Assembly: GCF_001194135.2 (NCBI RefSeq)
Contig: NC_068981.1
Coordinates: 181,030,282-181,069,818 of the forward strand
DNA length: 39,537 nucleotides
Source: Octopus bimaculoides
Taxonomy: Eukaryota
Direction of reading: 5' to 3'
The first letter of the stretch is position 1. Each line of letters opens with the position of its first letter. A model generated the notes under the pieces. The model saw only the letters and a list, made by a program, of their open reading frames with translations, was not told where the DNA came from and ran no database searches. Shown here piece by piece: positions 12,043-24,924 of this stretch. Made by a program: the position numbers and the translations under genes.

Positions 12043-15000
12043 ATAGTTGAGGTTTATAGAAAGCCCACTTGGACAAAATCTCTTAGAAGGAAACTACAGA
12101 AGAATGATTGATGTTTAGGAATTTGGCAAACTATTTGGGATATATGGAGGAACTTCTCGAAAGAATCACTTTTCAAAGTGGTTTTTCAGTTATACTTTTC
12201 AAAGCAACTTGAAGCAGTGAATCAAGTTACAAGACTTTTGGATAATCTGACAGCTGCTTACTTTTGCAAAGAACAAGAGGCTGGATGTGATTCAGATTTA
12301 AAATTCATTAAATCAATAACCAGATGTTTTGAGAGGAAGTCCTATTTTGCTGCTAAGGTAAATAGGTTAAGAGAGCACTAAGCATATTACGAATTAACCT
12401 AAGTAGCAAAAATTTTGTTGAAAGAAAAAGTGGGTGGTTAAAACCTTGTTGCATAAAGATTACAATGGAACTAAGAGAAACTTCCTGACAATCATAAATG
12501 ATGTTTGGCTTTATTTTCATTGGAAGGAATATTCTAAAGACTAGCTCTATAGCTGTAAGGTAAGGTGGTAGATTTCTAGCAAGATTGTTACAAGTTTAGA
12601 TTTGCCTTTAGCCATCATGCATTGTGATGGACCCCAGTTTGATGACTAAATAAAATACTTTGATTGGGTGGTTGGTAGAAAGAAGGGGTAATAACTAATA
12701 TAAAAAAAATTAAATTCCCAACTGTGCGAGCATGGGAAAATTGAATCTGAAGTGTCTGGAAATTCATGATTATAAGGAGTAATTTAAATTGTTAAACTGA
12801 AGATCAGAAAGCTGGTATAATGTATGAAAATATTTAGAGAACTACCCTCTATGTGTGTGTGTGTGCATATATATATCTAGTTGTAATAATGAAGTCAAAT
12901 CAAATAGTGATATTTTGAAATCACTTAATATGTATGTTTCAGGCTTGCATAATATATAATAGGAAATACATCCATTATGTAAACCTTCTTCAGTTTTATA
13001 TATTTATATTTTTATACATACATACATACATGCATACATATATATATACGTTTGACCAATCAGATGATAATCTGATTGATTTGATTAGAAATCAAGTGGT
13101 TATCAGATGAACTGCCTAATGAATGCAACATAAATTAATATGAAAATATGAGAAAACATGCTTGATGAACAAAAAAAATGTTGCAAATTGCTAACGGAAG
13201 GGGTCAAGATAGAGCTAAATTAACGAAGATTGAAACAAATTAGATTTTAACAAACCCCAAAACAACCCTTAAAATGTTTAAGCCCCTTCAACACTTGCTT
13301 GCACACCTGCCAACAAAAACATAATAAATAGTATTATATCATCTAGTGATACAAAATTTGTATTACTGGTTAATATAAGACTGAAATAACTATATTAATC
13401 CAGTTAAGATTTCTCTAAAAATGCCTAGGAACTGATGCTGTAAAAAAAACAAAGAAAAAATGTCAACACTTTCTCTATCAGAAGCTCATGGAACAAAAAT
13501 TCTAGCCTGCCTACCAGAGACGCAATTGAAATTATCACACAAAAATTGACTGAACACAATGACTCTTCATTACTTTAAATTGGTTTCCTTGATTAATAAT
13601 GAAGAAAAAGTAAATGCAATGCATTTATTAATCACCCTTATGGAGTTTGGAATATTTTACTAATGGACTTTTATACAGTAATGATTACAACATGGAAAAA
13701 TCAAACAATAAATAAGAGATAAAAAAGAAACATGCAGAATCAAATGAACTTTCAACATTGATGACATGTGCAAAAATATTTAGAAATATAAAAAAAAGAA
13801 AGAACACTTACTTGTGAAGAGCACTTACGTTTCATTACAGTGGGGGGGAAAGTCTCTATGTGCATGTGTGCGTGCATGTGCATGGGTGTGTATATATATT
13901 TTTGCATGTATTTGTGCAAATGTATGTGTATGTATGTATTTGTTTATATATCATGCATAATTAAGCGAAACCAAAGTAGTATTTAAATTGCTTCCAGCTT
14001 TGGTAACCCCAATATGGTATTCAGATTCGAAGATTTATTTATTTTATTTATCTCATCACATAATTCTACAAGGTTGAATGCATTTCTAAACTTTCTGGTA
14101 CAACATGTTTTTAATCAATGAATTAATTAAAAATGTAAACATAACATTACAAAGAAAATATATATGTACTTTAAATTCTTTTTCTTTTTTTTTAAAATAA
14201 AATCAACAACAAAGGAAAGAAAAGAAAATTAACAAAATAGTAATAAAACAATACAGTTAAATATTTGAAAGAAATATTGAAAATAAATTCATAACGATGT
14301 AAAAGATATAAGTAGCATAAAGAAGGGATAGGAGGGGAGATGTAATGGGTAAACACGCTCCACTTATCCTCGCAAACCCAAATCTAAAGGTAAATGTTAT
14401 ATCGGCAGGAAGTACAGTTTGGTCCACTAGCACAGAGAAGGTGTCGCTACTATGTATAGTCCTGGGACACTAAGATGTTGACATCTCAACAGTTGGCCTC
14501 CTTTATTATTATTATTATTATTATTATCATTATTATTATTAACATTATAAGAGTAATTATTATTACTCTTAGCTTTAGTCTTCTTTTTGTATTTTTAATA
14601 CCAATTTACAAAATTTATATATTAATCACTAACGTTTTGTGTTAGACATTAAAATCAACAGAAAATATTAAAGGAGTAAGAATTAGTCTTAGGGTTTCTG
14701 AGTAAACTATTACTATACAAGCAGAGTCTATATGTATATATATGTGTATATATACATTTTTAATATATTTTTTAAAAACTTTTCTTACTGTTTTCCAGCA
14801 AGGCATAGCCATACTTACTGATTGTAAGTTATTGAGACATTTCAGAGTAGAATTCTAATGTAATCAAAATGACAGAGATAATGATGGGATTCTATTAAAA
14901 GCATAAATGACACAAAGAAAATGGCTTTGAGTAACAAGTGTAATGATAATGTGGATGTATCTCTAGAGGAAGGATCCTAATAGATAATAAAAGGAAAGAA

Positions 15001-15664
15001 CTCTGCAGCTAAATGAGAACCACATGAGAAGAATGGTTTAAAGAAAAACAAACAAATGTAAAAAAACACTGTGGCAAATGTATATTAAGTCTCGTGGGTG
15101 GGTGGCAGCATGGTTAGTAGAGAGAAGTGAGATACCAAGTGGAGGAAAGGAAAGATTAGGTGTGAAGGTGTCAAAAAAAAAGAAAAGTAAAAAGGTTGAA
15201 GTTTCATCAGTGAAGAAAGAAAAAAATAGTGAATGTGTAACAGTAGACAGCCAATACTGTCAGAAGACAAGAAGGAAAACAAGACGACAATGTTTAATGA
15301 ATAACCGTATGATGATGAATGACAAAATAAAAAGCTTGTTTTAAACAGACTGATCTCAGAGAAAAGAAAGAAGTAGAGGAAGTCAGAAAAGAAGTAGAGG
15401 AAGTCAGAAAAGATGAAGAGTATTTTACTATTGTATATGAAAATTAACATTTTGGAATGAGCAGAAATCAAGTTAAGCAAACTGGACCATATCTTGATGA
15501 TGGAGATGGTAGTGACGTTGCCAAATGTGATGGAAGGGTGGCAAGTGGGGNNNNNNNNNNNNNNGGGGGGGGGGGGGTCAGGACGGAGAAAAACTTGAGG
15601 GAGCAAAATGTAAAGGAAAACTGCAATGGAACCACCAACAGTTTCATTTTGTATGAAGGCCCAT

Positions 15665-16195
15665 AGCGACCGAGACTTTTGGAGATATGCTGTGCTTGAG
15701 AAAACCCGTTAAGGGAGATCATAGTTGTGGTCAATGCCAGTATTGCGTAAGCAGCCTGTTAAAAGCACCCTGCAATTATTGGGCAATATGCTGTGCTTAT
15801 GAAGACCTGTTAAACCAAGTGAAATTGTAGCCAATGCCAGTGCCATCTGACTGGTATGTAAAAAGCACCGTTTGAGCACTGAGCCTCATGGAAGCAGTGA
15901 CAGGTGACCAAGACCTTTGGTGATATACCATGCTTGTGTAAACCTGTCAAGCCAAGTGAGACCATAGTCGTGGCTGATGTCGGTGTTAGGTGAATGACAC
16001 CCGTGCCGGTGGAACGTAAAAAAAACGCCCACTACACTCGTGGAGTAGTTGGCATTAGGAAGGGCATCCAGCCATAGAAACCTTGCCAAATCAGGCCAGA
16101 ACCCGGTGCAGCCCTCCTCCTCCTCCCCCCGTAGTTTTCAGTCAAACCCCACAACCCATGCCATTAAATGATGATGATCATGACGATGACAAATT
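15665..16195 (+). mobile_element. Retroelement 3' region with internal repeats and (GAT)n tail (RTE-type tail inferred)
   Basis: Three copies of an atatgctgtgcttgagaa.acc.gttaa-like unit (~15685, 15785, 15922), then gttggcattaggaagggcatccagccatagaaacc and taaatgatgatgat. The same tail recurs at 27445-27645. Confidence 0.65.
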
Positions 16196-16754
16196 CCAGA
16201 AAACTGCTTGGTAAAGAGCAAGTGCTAATAATTTAACCTGAAATTGATGAATCTGTTAAGAAATGTGTGTACTGACCAAATAAAGGTAGTGTAATTTCAG
16301 GATCGACACCATTTGCAGTGAAGTTGTATTCGTCTCTTTTTTTTCTTGAAGCAAGATAATTTTAATAATTACTAATATATGTTGTTAACTAGAAGTTTGC
16401 AGTATTTTGACCACTCAGAACTTAATAGAAATAGCTTAAATATAGCTACTTGGTGGGAATGTCATTTAATAACAGACAGAACTATTAAATTCACTTTAAA
16501 TTTCATTTCATGTGGAGTTAAGATTTCTGTTACACAACTGTAACCTAGTCACCAACACTGCAATTTTGATACCTTGTGAAAAACTTAAAGTGAATTTCAC
16601 AGCTGTGTGTGCTATTAATTAGCTCTTCTATCATGTAGTTACTTTAGTTTCAACTTGGCCTCAGATCAAATCATGTGCTAAACAAGTACAACTCCTTTAG
16701 CTATAAAATTACACATTACAGAGCATTTACAAAAAAGGAAATAATTATACAAAT

Positions 16755-16809
<55 letters not shown>

Positions 16810-17249
16810 ACAAACATAATTTCAGAGCTGTAATTGTCTAGCAAGTGATTTGATCTGATAACATTGAAACTAATGCAATTATAGCATGAAAGACATCATC
16901 CATTGAAAGAGACACAAAAACTTAAACTTCACAAAAACATTCATTATTTGGTGTCAAAAAACTGAAATTAGTGGAACTGTGACAGTGACCAGGTTGCATT
17001 TGGTGCAACAAACATGTTGACACCAAATAAATATTTTAAGTGAAGTTAACAGTCTTTGTGTGTTTCTGAACGGCTGATATATACATAATTGCTTTATATA
17101 AAAAGCTAAATTCAAAAGTAAGATAGAAGAGTGTTTAATTTGTTTCAAATACTGAAGAATATATAAAAACAAATGTTAGAAGGCTCTGGTAAATGCAGTT
17201 GGGAGACTGAAAAATTTCTCTTTACTTTTTACCTATGGAAGCAACCTAA

Positions 17250-17730
17250 GACACTCCCAACAACACTGTGAACAAATGTGAAGGCCGAGACATTGGACCA
17301 GCCATGTTCCTTCAAGAGTCTAACATGACACTTTGGTTAGATACGATGCAAAAGAGGTCGAGATCTTTGAGGTTAGCAGCCCAGCTTCACCAAGCTTTTC
17401 AAATACCATGGGTCAAAATTTGTAATTTACCTTGTATTTGGCAATGCTTATACGACTTTTTTCAACCATGGATGGGATGGTCTGTATTTACACTGCAACG
17501 TTTAGAATATGTGAAGGAGTGAAAGAATCATTTACAGTAGTATCCCATGTAAGGTATTCTTGTCTAGAGACAAAGGGATTGAGCCATTGGGCCTGTCCCT
17601 ATCATCCCTAGACATTCCCTACAGGGGCTCCAAAACTGAAGAGATATTTTTGTTAAGGCCCTCTTTAAAATTACATTTCTTTCTGCATCAAATGAAGCTG
17701 GCAATATTTAGTCGACATGATGATCCATGA
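17250..17730 (+). mobile_element. Possible highly degraded L1/Tx1-like reverse transcriptase remnant
   Basis: Fragments across frames (HQAFQIPW, SHVRYSCL, IEPLG, RHDD) occur in the order of the KAFD..W, RSVRQGCP, LEPL and YADD motifs. Weak and by eye. Confidence 0.3.
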
Positions 17731-18400
17731 GGTCTGCCAGATTAAATTATTCAATACAGAAGACAAAATGAGAATAACTCAATGTATAGTCAGAACATAT
17801 AACAAAACATGAGGTGTGGAAATAGAAATATGGGCTATAGTCAGGGGATTGATGGAAAGATGTAGACTATTTAAGAGATTATGTCAATAATACGGGAACC
17901 TGTTTTTGGCATACTGTCTCAAGTTTTGTGATAGCAGGATAAAAATTCCAGCTTACAAAAAAATTTGAAACGTTTTCCAAAAAATAGCTTTTAATTCTGA
18001 TGGAGAGAACGGTACTGCGATATGGCAAGTGCATGATTTAAGATGAAGAAATACTGCAATTAAGCAACATGATAGTGAAAAACAGATTTAGAAAGTGGAG
18101 AGGTTATTTATGATGGAACTGGTGACAATAGTTAAAAATTTAGTTTAAAATGTCCTAAACAAGATTAGTTAGAGCCATAATTAATGAAAGTTGATGGTAA
18201 GTTGATAGATCCAACCATGAAAAATTGTTTATCAAATTAAGTGATAAGTTAAAGAATTTCAGAATTAATTAATTATGCATTATTTACTCTGGAATTTCAG
18301 ATTTCAATGCATTACATTTTGCAATTAGTTACATGATATCATAATTTAATGAAAGGAATAACACATTTTTCATTAGTTTCCCTTAACAATAATAAAAAAT

Positions 18401-18622
18401 AATAATCCTTTGTACTATAGGCACAGGGCCTGACATTTTTGTGGAGGGAGCTAATCAATTACATCAACCCTAGTACATAATTGGTATTTATTTTATCGAA
18501 CCTTAAAAGATGAAAGCAAAGTGAACCTCTGTGGCATCTGAACTCAGAACGTAAAGACGGACAAAGTGCCGTCAAGCACCCTGTCCAGTGTGTGTCAACA
18601 ATTCTGCCAGCTTGCCACCTTA
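18401..18622 (-). mobile_element. tRNA-derived SINE (family C; central tttcatcctt..ggtcgataaaataagtacc domain, reminiscent of the Meta/MESC domain)
   Basis: Minus strand aaggtggcaagctggcagaa...gagttcagat...ctttgctttcatcttttaaggttcgataaaataaatacc...ggattattatt; many homologous copies at 30.4-32.2, 32.8, 34.3 and 37.6 kb. Domain name is from recall. Confidence 0.75.
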
Positions 18623-20237
18623 ATAAGAATAATGATACAGTGATTCATTCAAGATTTTCCATATCTCAAACAAATCATAGGTTTAATTTAAGACACTTTT
18701 AGTACTGGAGCTTTGGCAGGTTTCGCAAGTGAAAAAACATTATTTTGGAAGCATAAAATCAAGAGAATGAGTGGGAAAACAATAATAATAGACTAACAAA
18801 GCTCAAAGCTGTCTATACAAAATGTCTTTTTATGATATTCCAAGAGACCTAAATACTGGACTGAAGCATTTTTATAACGGATGGACAAAATGGCCATCAG
18901 ACAAGTGTAGTGTTTATGATAGTATAAACAAAAGCAATGTTTACATGTTTTAATTTATACATATACAGACATTAATATGCCCACACACACATGCATACAT
19001 GAAGTGTATGTCATTTCTGAGAGTGCAATTAAATAAGTAAACATGCTCACCTAGCTATTCCAGATAAAAGGGAGAAAGAAGATTTATACATGGAATCTAA
19101 CCTATCAGTGCTTAATGCTTTAAAATAGAGAGAAAGTAAGACAAGCAAATGTTGGGAAAAAAACAAAAAACAATCATGATAAATTAGAACAGTTGTATTG
19201 ATTGTCATGACAACTTCACTAAATCAACACTAAATCATACCATGATCTCTATAGAACATACCACATTGCATAGAGAGTTGAATAAGTGGGTGGGTGAGTG
19301 AGTGTCTATACAAAACTTGCAGGCAATCTAGATAACATGACAATAGCTAACATTAACATTTACTATCAGGAATTCGCTTTTGTTGATTTTCTTCATAAAA
19401 ACTAAGACAGGGCTTGCGTTCAATACTGGCTGGAAACTCATTGAGTTAGAATGCAATAAAATATATTCTTCTGTTGATAAATGACTAGAAAATTTAAAGA
19501 GAATTAAGCCAACTGAGGAAAATAGATATGTAAATGATAATGAACTGCAATTTTAATAATAATGATGGCATTTGAGATAAAGTATTGTTATTTTTTACTT
19601 GATGAACTTTAACAAATCTCACTTGATATTAGAATGTGTTAGTTCATGTCCCTAAAAAGAAAGAAGAAACATTTAAGTTTCTTCTTTTCATATTTCAGAA
19701 AATAGTTTTGTAAGAATTAATTAGTTGTACATTTTAAATTAGAAATTCAAATCTCTGTAGATAATTCAGAGAACTTATTGAGAATGAGTTAGTGGCTACA
19801 CAGCTGTGAGTTGATACAACTTGACAAAGGTTTTTCAGAAAGTTTTAACTTTTAACACTTTTCAAACTGCATGGAGATGAGAAAAATTAGTGAAAACCAG
19901 TTACCCCAAGTTGATATTTAAATGTATATATATCTGTTCTTCAAATTATTAAGAAGTAAACATCTAAAGGGGTTCAGAAAACAAAAGATTTCCTGAAAAT
20001 GAAGAATAAATGAGTAAAAATATTCAGTTGACTTCTCCTTCAGCTGTCAATGAAGATGTTCTACTGTTAGCAGTAGATCTAGACAAAGTCACCCTAATAA
20101 TGTAAGGAGAAGAGATGTTACAACTTAGGAAAGCCAAGGCTGTATTGATTGTGTATTGAACGCCAACCGTGTTATATCCTAAAATCTACTACAAACAGTA
20201 GCGACACTTCCCTGAGCTCCTCCAACCGGTAACTTAC

Positions 20238-20327
20238 CGTAAGATCTGAGGCGAAGACAGGGGGAGAGCTTCCCAGAAGAAAGGTAGGTGGGTAGAAAGA
20301 CGACTGGTCCTCAGGAGAGTTACTTAC
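20238..20327 (-). CDS. CCDC6: In-frame 30-codon extension of exon 8 via a second donor: VSNSPEDQSSFYPPTFLLGSSPPVFASDLT
   Basis: Diverged tandem copy of the preceding segment, ending in a second ACG/GTAAGT donor (intron from 20237) exactly 90 nt downstream. Most differences are synonymous. Confidence 0.65.
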
Positions 20328-20446
20328 TGTAACGTTTGGACTGTGTGTGAAAACTGGGGGAGAGGTCCCAGGAAGAAATGTGGGTGTGTAGAATGATGGC
20401 TGGCTCCCTGGCGTATTCCGCCGCATTGGACTTGGTGGACTGAAAG
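20328..20446 (-). CDS. CCDC6: Probable CCDC6 exon 8 equivalent, short form: (A)FSPPSPMRRNTPGSQPSFYTPTFLPGTSPPVFTHSPNVT
   Basis: Long polypyrimidine tract plus TAG acceptor (20447-20449), donor GTAAGT from 20327. Phase 1 to 0 bridges exon 7 (ends phase 1) and the last exon (starts phase 0). Ser/Pro-rich and GC-richer than flanks. Similarity to vertebrate exon 8 is compositional only. Confidence 0.75.
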
Positions 20447-20725
20447 CTAAAAAGGAAGAGGAGAAGGAAAAAAAAGGAAAAGAAAAAGGGGGAAGTGCAA
20501 ATATAATTAATTCAACAAATTTGCAAATCACATGGTTCGAGGGAATCTAAATATTCCAGGACTCATAACTTTGCAAAAATTACAAGTGAAAATTAGAAAA
20601 GAATTATGTAGAATATAGTAAATATGGTCGTTATTTCTGTGGATGCCAAGATGAAAATTAAAACAAAGAGAAAATTAATATTTGATATTTCTGTGTTTTA
20701 AATACAAAACCTGTGAAAAGATTTA

Positions 20726-20938
20726 CCCTTTGAGCCAGCCCTGTCTGGCCCATATATTCTACCTCCTATATGTACAAACTGGCTAGATCTAGCCTTTCAC
20801 ACCTATCCTGCAATGTCATTCTAAAAATAAACAATCATGTCACTGAAATCTTGAAGCTATGAGATAATGCATGATTAATTCAAAACAATGTGAATCAAAA
20901 AGCATTATATTTGAATAAACAATCTGAATGCTAAAGGG
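20726..20938. mobile_element. piggyBac-like MITE
   Basis: Ends ttta-CCCTTTGAG ... GAATGCTAAAGGG-ttaa. Inverted homologue of 34588-34807. CCC termini and TTAA target are piggyBac hallmarks. Confidence 0.7.
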
Positions 20939-20972
20939 TTAAAACTTAATTCCAATACTTTATTTGGATTCT

Positions 20973-21197
20973 GTAGAGGAACATGGCTTAATGGTTAGGA
21001 TGTTAGACTCATGATTGTAAGATTGTAATTTCAATTCCTGGACCAGGCAGTGCATTGTGTTCTTGAGCAAAACACTTCATTTCATGTTGTTCCAGTCCAT
21101 TCACAGCTGGCAAAAATGAGTAATCCTGCAACAGACCAGTATCCTGGGTAATAAATGTGCCACAGAAACTGGCCCGAGTCAATATGACTCAAGAAGG
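20973..21197 (+). mobile_element. tRNA-derived SINE (family A)
   Basis: tggcttaatggttagg head and tgtgttcttgagcaaaacacttcatttcatgttg body shared with the 1545-2097 copies. Confidence 0.75.
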
Positions 21198-21851
21198 ATC
21201 TTCATCCTTTATTTTTTTTATTTGTATTTTGCTGTGAAGTTACTGATCCTAACTTTCAGCTGGATAAGATGAAAACAGATTAATCTGGGTAGAATTTTGA
21301 GTTTGAAACTTGCAAAATTTAACAGACTCATTTATCTTCAGTGCATTCTTCACTCTGGTCTATTCAGCCAAGCTGAGTAGTTAAGCTTATTTTTCTTGAG
21401 CCTTTTTACTAAATGAAACTTTTTCCTTTTTTTATTTATTTATTTATTTTTTTAAAAGTCAGATGAGAAATGTGGCAGTAGATACTATCCAGTTTATTTC
21501 ACCATCATGTAACATCTAAAATTGTTTGGTAAAAAAAATATTCTTAGGACTAAAGCATTATAGTTCTTGTACATATTTGTAATGGCACTGTGCATTAATG
21601 CAGCAAATAGTTGTAATCCAATGTGCTGCTAATATCCCTAGTGTGAGAACATAGGACTAGACGTAACCAATTATCCTTACACTATCAATCAACACTATTA
21701 CAAAACTATCTGTAAGGGCTGTTGACTAAAAAGTCACTCTTAACATACATTTGGTAGAAACGACTTCTAATTTTCCATGGACTTATGAAAGCTAATTTAC
21801 TTATTCAGTTAATGATTAGCAGAATTCATTAACAAACTATTAGTTTCTAAA

Positions 21852-21884
<33 letters not shown>

Positions 21885-24833
21885 CGCAAAAGTGATCAAA
21901 CAATTTATGGGATAACAGTCTTTGTGTAACAGCAATAAGAAAAGTTGTATTAGAAATAATTAAGATAAAATGTTGTTGTTGCATTTTCTTTTTCCTTCAA
22001 GATGCAAAGTATTCCGCAGAAGAAACAAACAAAATAGTCAGCACTTCAATTTGACAGTCTCTGTTTGTCTTTTCTTTTTTTTTTTTTAAGAGATCTATTT
22101 CACAAAAACTTATAAATAGTATTAGCACTCAAATAAGTATGTTCAGTTTGGCAACTGAAAATTGAATCTCTAATATAAGGAAAAAAAAACGAAAAACAAA
22201 GTCAATGTAGCAATTATCACAATAATTATAGAATGACATGTGATAATTTTTCGTCCATAAAATAATATTATGCAATGAACTGAACTGGATAGTTTCTAGC
22301 AATTAAAGGGTCAGTGAGATAAAACTGCTATCAGAGTTTCAACTAGGTAGGATTAAGTTTCATCAAACAATCAATTAAAAAACAGAAGAAATATCAATGA
22401 CACACCATAAATTAATTAGTTTATTAGGTTTAGTCATTTTAGAATATAACAACCTAATGATTTAGGTCTTAAATTTTGATGAGCTAAATACCTAATTACT
22501 GCAGTTGACAAATTAATCCATTGAATTCAAGATGGTTCTAATTATGCTTGAACTGAGACCTTTTAGTTTTTTCTTTCATAAAACATGTTTATAGCAAAAA
22601 TTACTTCATGTTGTATTTCAAAGAAGCTCTTTAAATTATCAACATCATTATAAAAAAGATTTAAAAAAAAAAAAAATTGCCTACAATTCTAGATACCAAG
22701 TTACCTGAACTCTTCCTGGTTTTATGATTCAAAATCATCCATTATTCAAGTTTATTTAAAATTATAAACAATTTTTATGAGTACATTTTGTTTCACTATG
22801 TTCAAAATACCAGATTAATAATAAAGAGGTTAGTTATTTTACTAAATTTAGTCCCAAATTCTTGATTATTAAAAAGGAACAAAAACTGATCACACAGACT
22901 GTGCATTGGTATAAATATGGTCATGAAAGAGTTAAATAAGCAAACCTAAATTGTTGCTAATTTTTTAGCATAAAATTAATTGAAATTTAGAAAAGGAAAA
23001 TTATTATTATTAATTTTGAACTCCAGAAGTTAAAAATAGCTGTGGATATATGATAATGGAGAAAGATTAATTTAACTGGTGGTATTTACAGTCAAAGATT
23101 TTCAGGTCATGATCATCCTGCCATTTTGTATAGTTAATATTACAGTATCTAAGATGCCTGTCTATTTTTTTTTTTTTAAAGACAATAGTGTGATGAGAGA
23201 ATCTGACTGCTCTCTCTAACAAGCTGAGTGACCATGCAGATGTGTGCTCCTTTGTTGGTTTGTATCCATCAAATTATGCTCTAAGCAAGAAACTTTATAC
23301 ATTTCAAGAAAGATAGCTAATAATAGTGTTTCCACTTCACAATTAAGTGATGTAAGCATTAAGAACATTTCTCTTAACAATTCTTATTTAAATAACTAAT
23401 TCCCCAGAATCACCTAACTTACACAAGCTCCCTTAGCAGAAAGTAACAAAATTATATAAGCATGTATGACCATAACTGGGTCTTATTAATACACACTTAT
23501 ATAATAGCTACATGCTCAAGATATTTCAAGTTAGTAGATTATAAAACAAGGTCGGATAAGTCAACCCTGGTAACTGGCTTGATGTTAACTTTATTAGTAT
23601 TTGTGAAAGAAAAGTTGAAAAACAAAGGGAGGAAAAAAAATTAATCCTCAATACATTTTAGTATTTGTCTCCAAAAATAAATTCTGCTCCGTCATTTCAA
23701 CCAAACCAATAATACCAGAGACAATCTGAATTATATTTGGTAGAAAACACTGATTAAGTACTATTTTTTAATATTTTAAATTTTTTTTGTTCTCTGAGAG
23801 GTTATCTCAACTTACCAAGACATAATGCACATTGTAATACACGTGGAGAATTCAAGACTACAGATGAAGAAAAATTGCAATATCAGTAAACATATCACTT
23901 TATAGCTACCTACACTAATACAATTACCAAAAATAATGTTTGTTTAAACAATCAAACCTTTGTTTATCTAACATTATGAGTTAATCACTTTACATAGCAG
24001 CAACTCAAGGATGAAGATTGAAGAATGATATCGCATGACCGATACTTGATTTCACATAGTTAGTACCCAATCTCTTTCTCTTTTTGTTGTTTTTTTTTAA
24101 AGAAGAAAATAAATTACAGAAAACTTTGCACAAGCATGTTTTATTGAAGCTGCAAGCTACAGAAAACTTTGCACAAGCATGCTTTATGTAAAGCTTCAGG
24201 CCAAAGAACATTATTTTACAAGCAAGTTTTATCTAAACAGTAATAAGCTACAGAAAACGAAACTAATGTAGAAGTAGAGGAGGCAATAAACTCTGCATAA
24301 TAAAACAATACTTTCAACAACAGTGTGTATAGTGAGGTGTAGATATTTGAAAATATATATTAATTAACAAACAGGACTTTCAGTAACAGTTTGTACAGTG
24401 TGGTGTAGATATTTGGGAACATCAATTAATTAACTTTCATCTCTGCAGGTCATTCAAACATTGCTGCTACTGTTTGTTCAGACACCTGAGGTTTAGCATA
24501 TTTCCCTTTGATCTCAGGCTACATATTTCACCCAGTGGTGCTTGGTTGAGTAGAATGCCAGGTAGCAATAAAGAAACAAGGTGTTCACTGAGTTTGTAAC
24601 GTAGCCCATAATAATTGGCTTCCAATTATTATAATTTTCTTTTTACACATAGCAAAGGTTGGAAGAACTTGGAAATTAAAATGTATACTGGACTACTTAT
24701 GGTAGTATTACCAAACAAGAATCTCATGGTAATAAATACTAGTTGTTAAAGTGCAATATAACAAATAAGCAACTATATATACATATGTATATAGTCGAAA
24801 AGGAGTTAAAAGTCTATACGAATAAAACATTAT

Positions 24834-24924
24834 GAAAAGGCACAGAAGTATATTTTAGAGGATGTTTAATCTTTTTGTTACAAAAAGATTAAATATTCTC
24901 TAAAATACACTTCTGTGCCTTTTC
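24834..24924. repeat. Near-perfect inverted repeat: 45-bp arms, 1-nt spacer, 3 mismatches
   Basis: 24834-24878 gaaaaggcacagaagtatattttagaggatgtttaatctttttgt versus the reverse complement of 24880-24924, gaaaaggcacagaagtgtattttagagaatatttaatctttttgt. Confidence 0.95.

Noticed and set aside
12080-12830. Possible degraded LINE coding remnant
   Set aside because: The composition looks like an old element, but I could read no ordered diagnostic motifs.
14860-15420. Lys/Glu-rich plus-strand ORF 15078-15344 and 21-bp tandem repeat at ~15368-15411
   Set aside because: Purine-rich low-complexity sequence with stops in all frames nearby; possibly a LINE ORF1 relic, but no diagnostic motif.
15468-15610. 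FLRPDPPPP / LTPPP reading across the G-run gap as the CCDC6 proline-rich last exon
   Set aside because: The prolines come from a gapped G homopolymer; there is no convincing acceptor and frame, and 8055-8117 gives a better match (SPEKFVRP) in the right phase.
24115-24260. 24-bp direct repeat with a 19-nt spacer as a CRISPR-like array
   Set aside because: Only two full copies, in a eukaryotic intron, with no cas genes; a simple tandem duplication.
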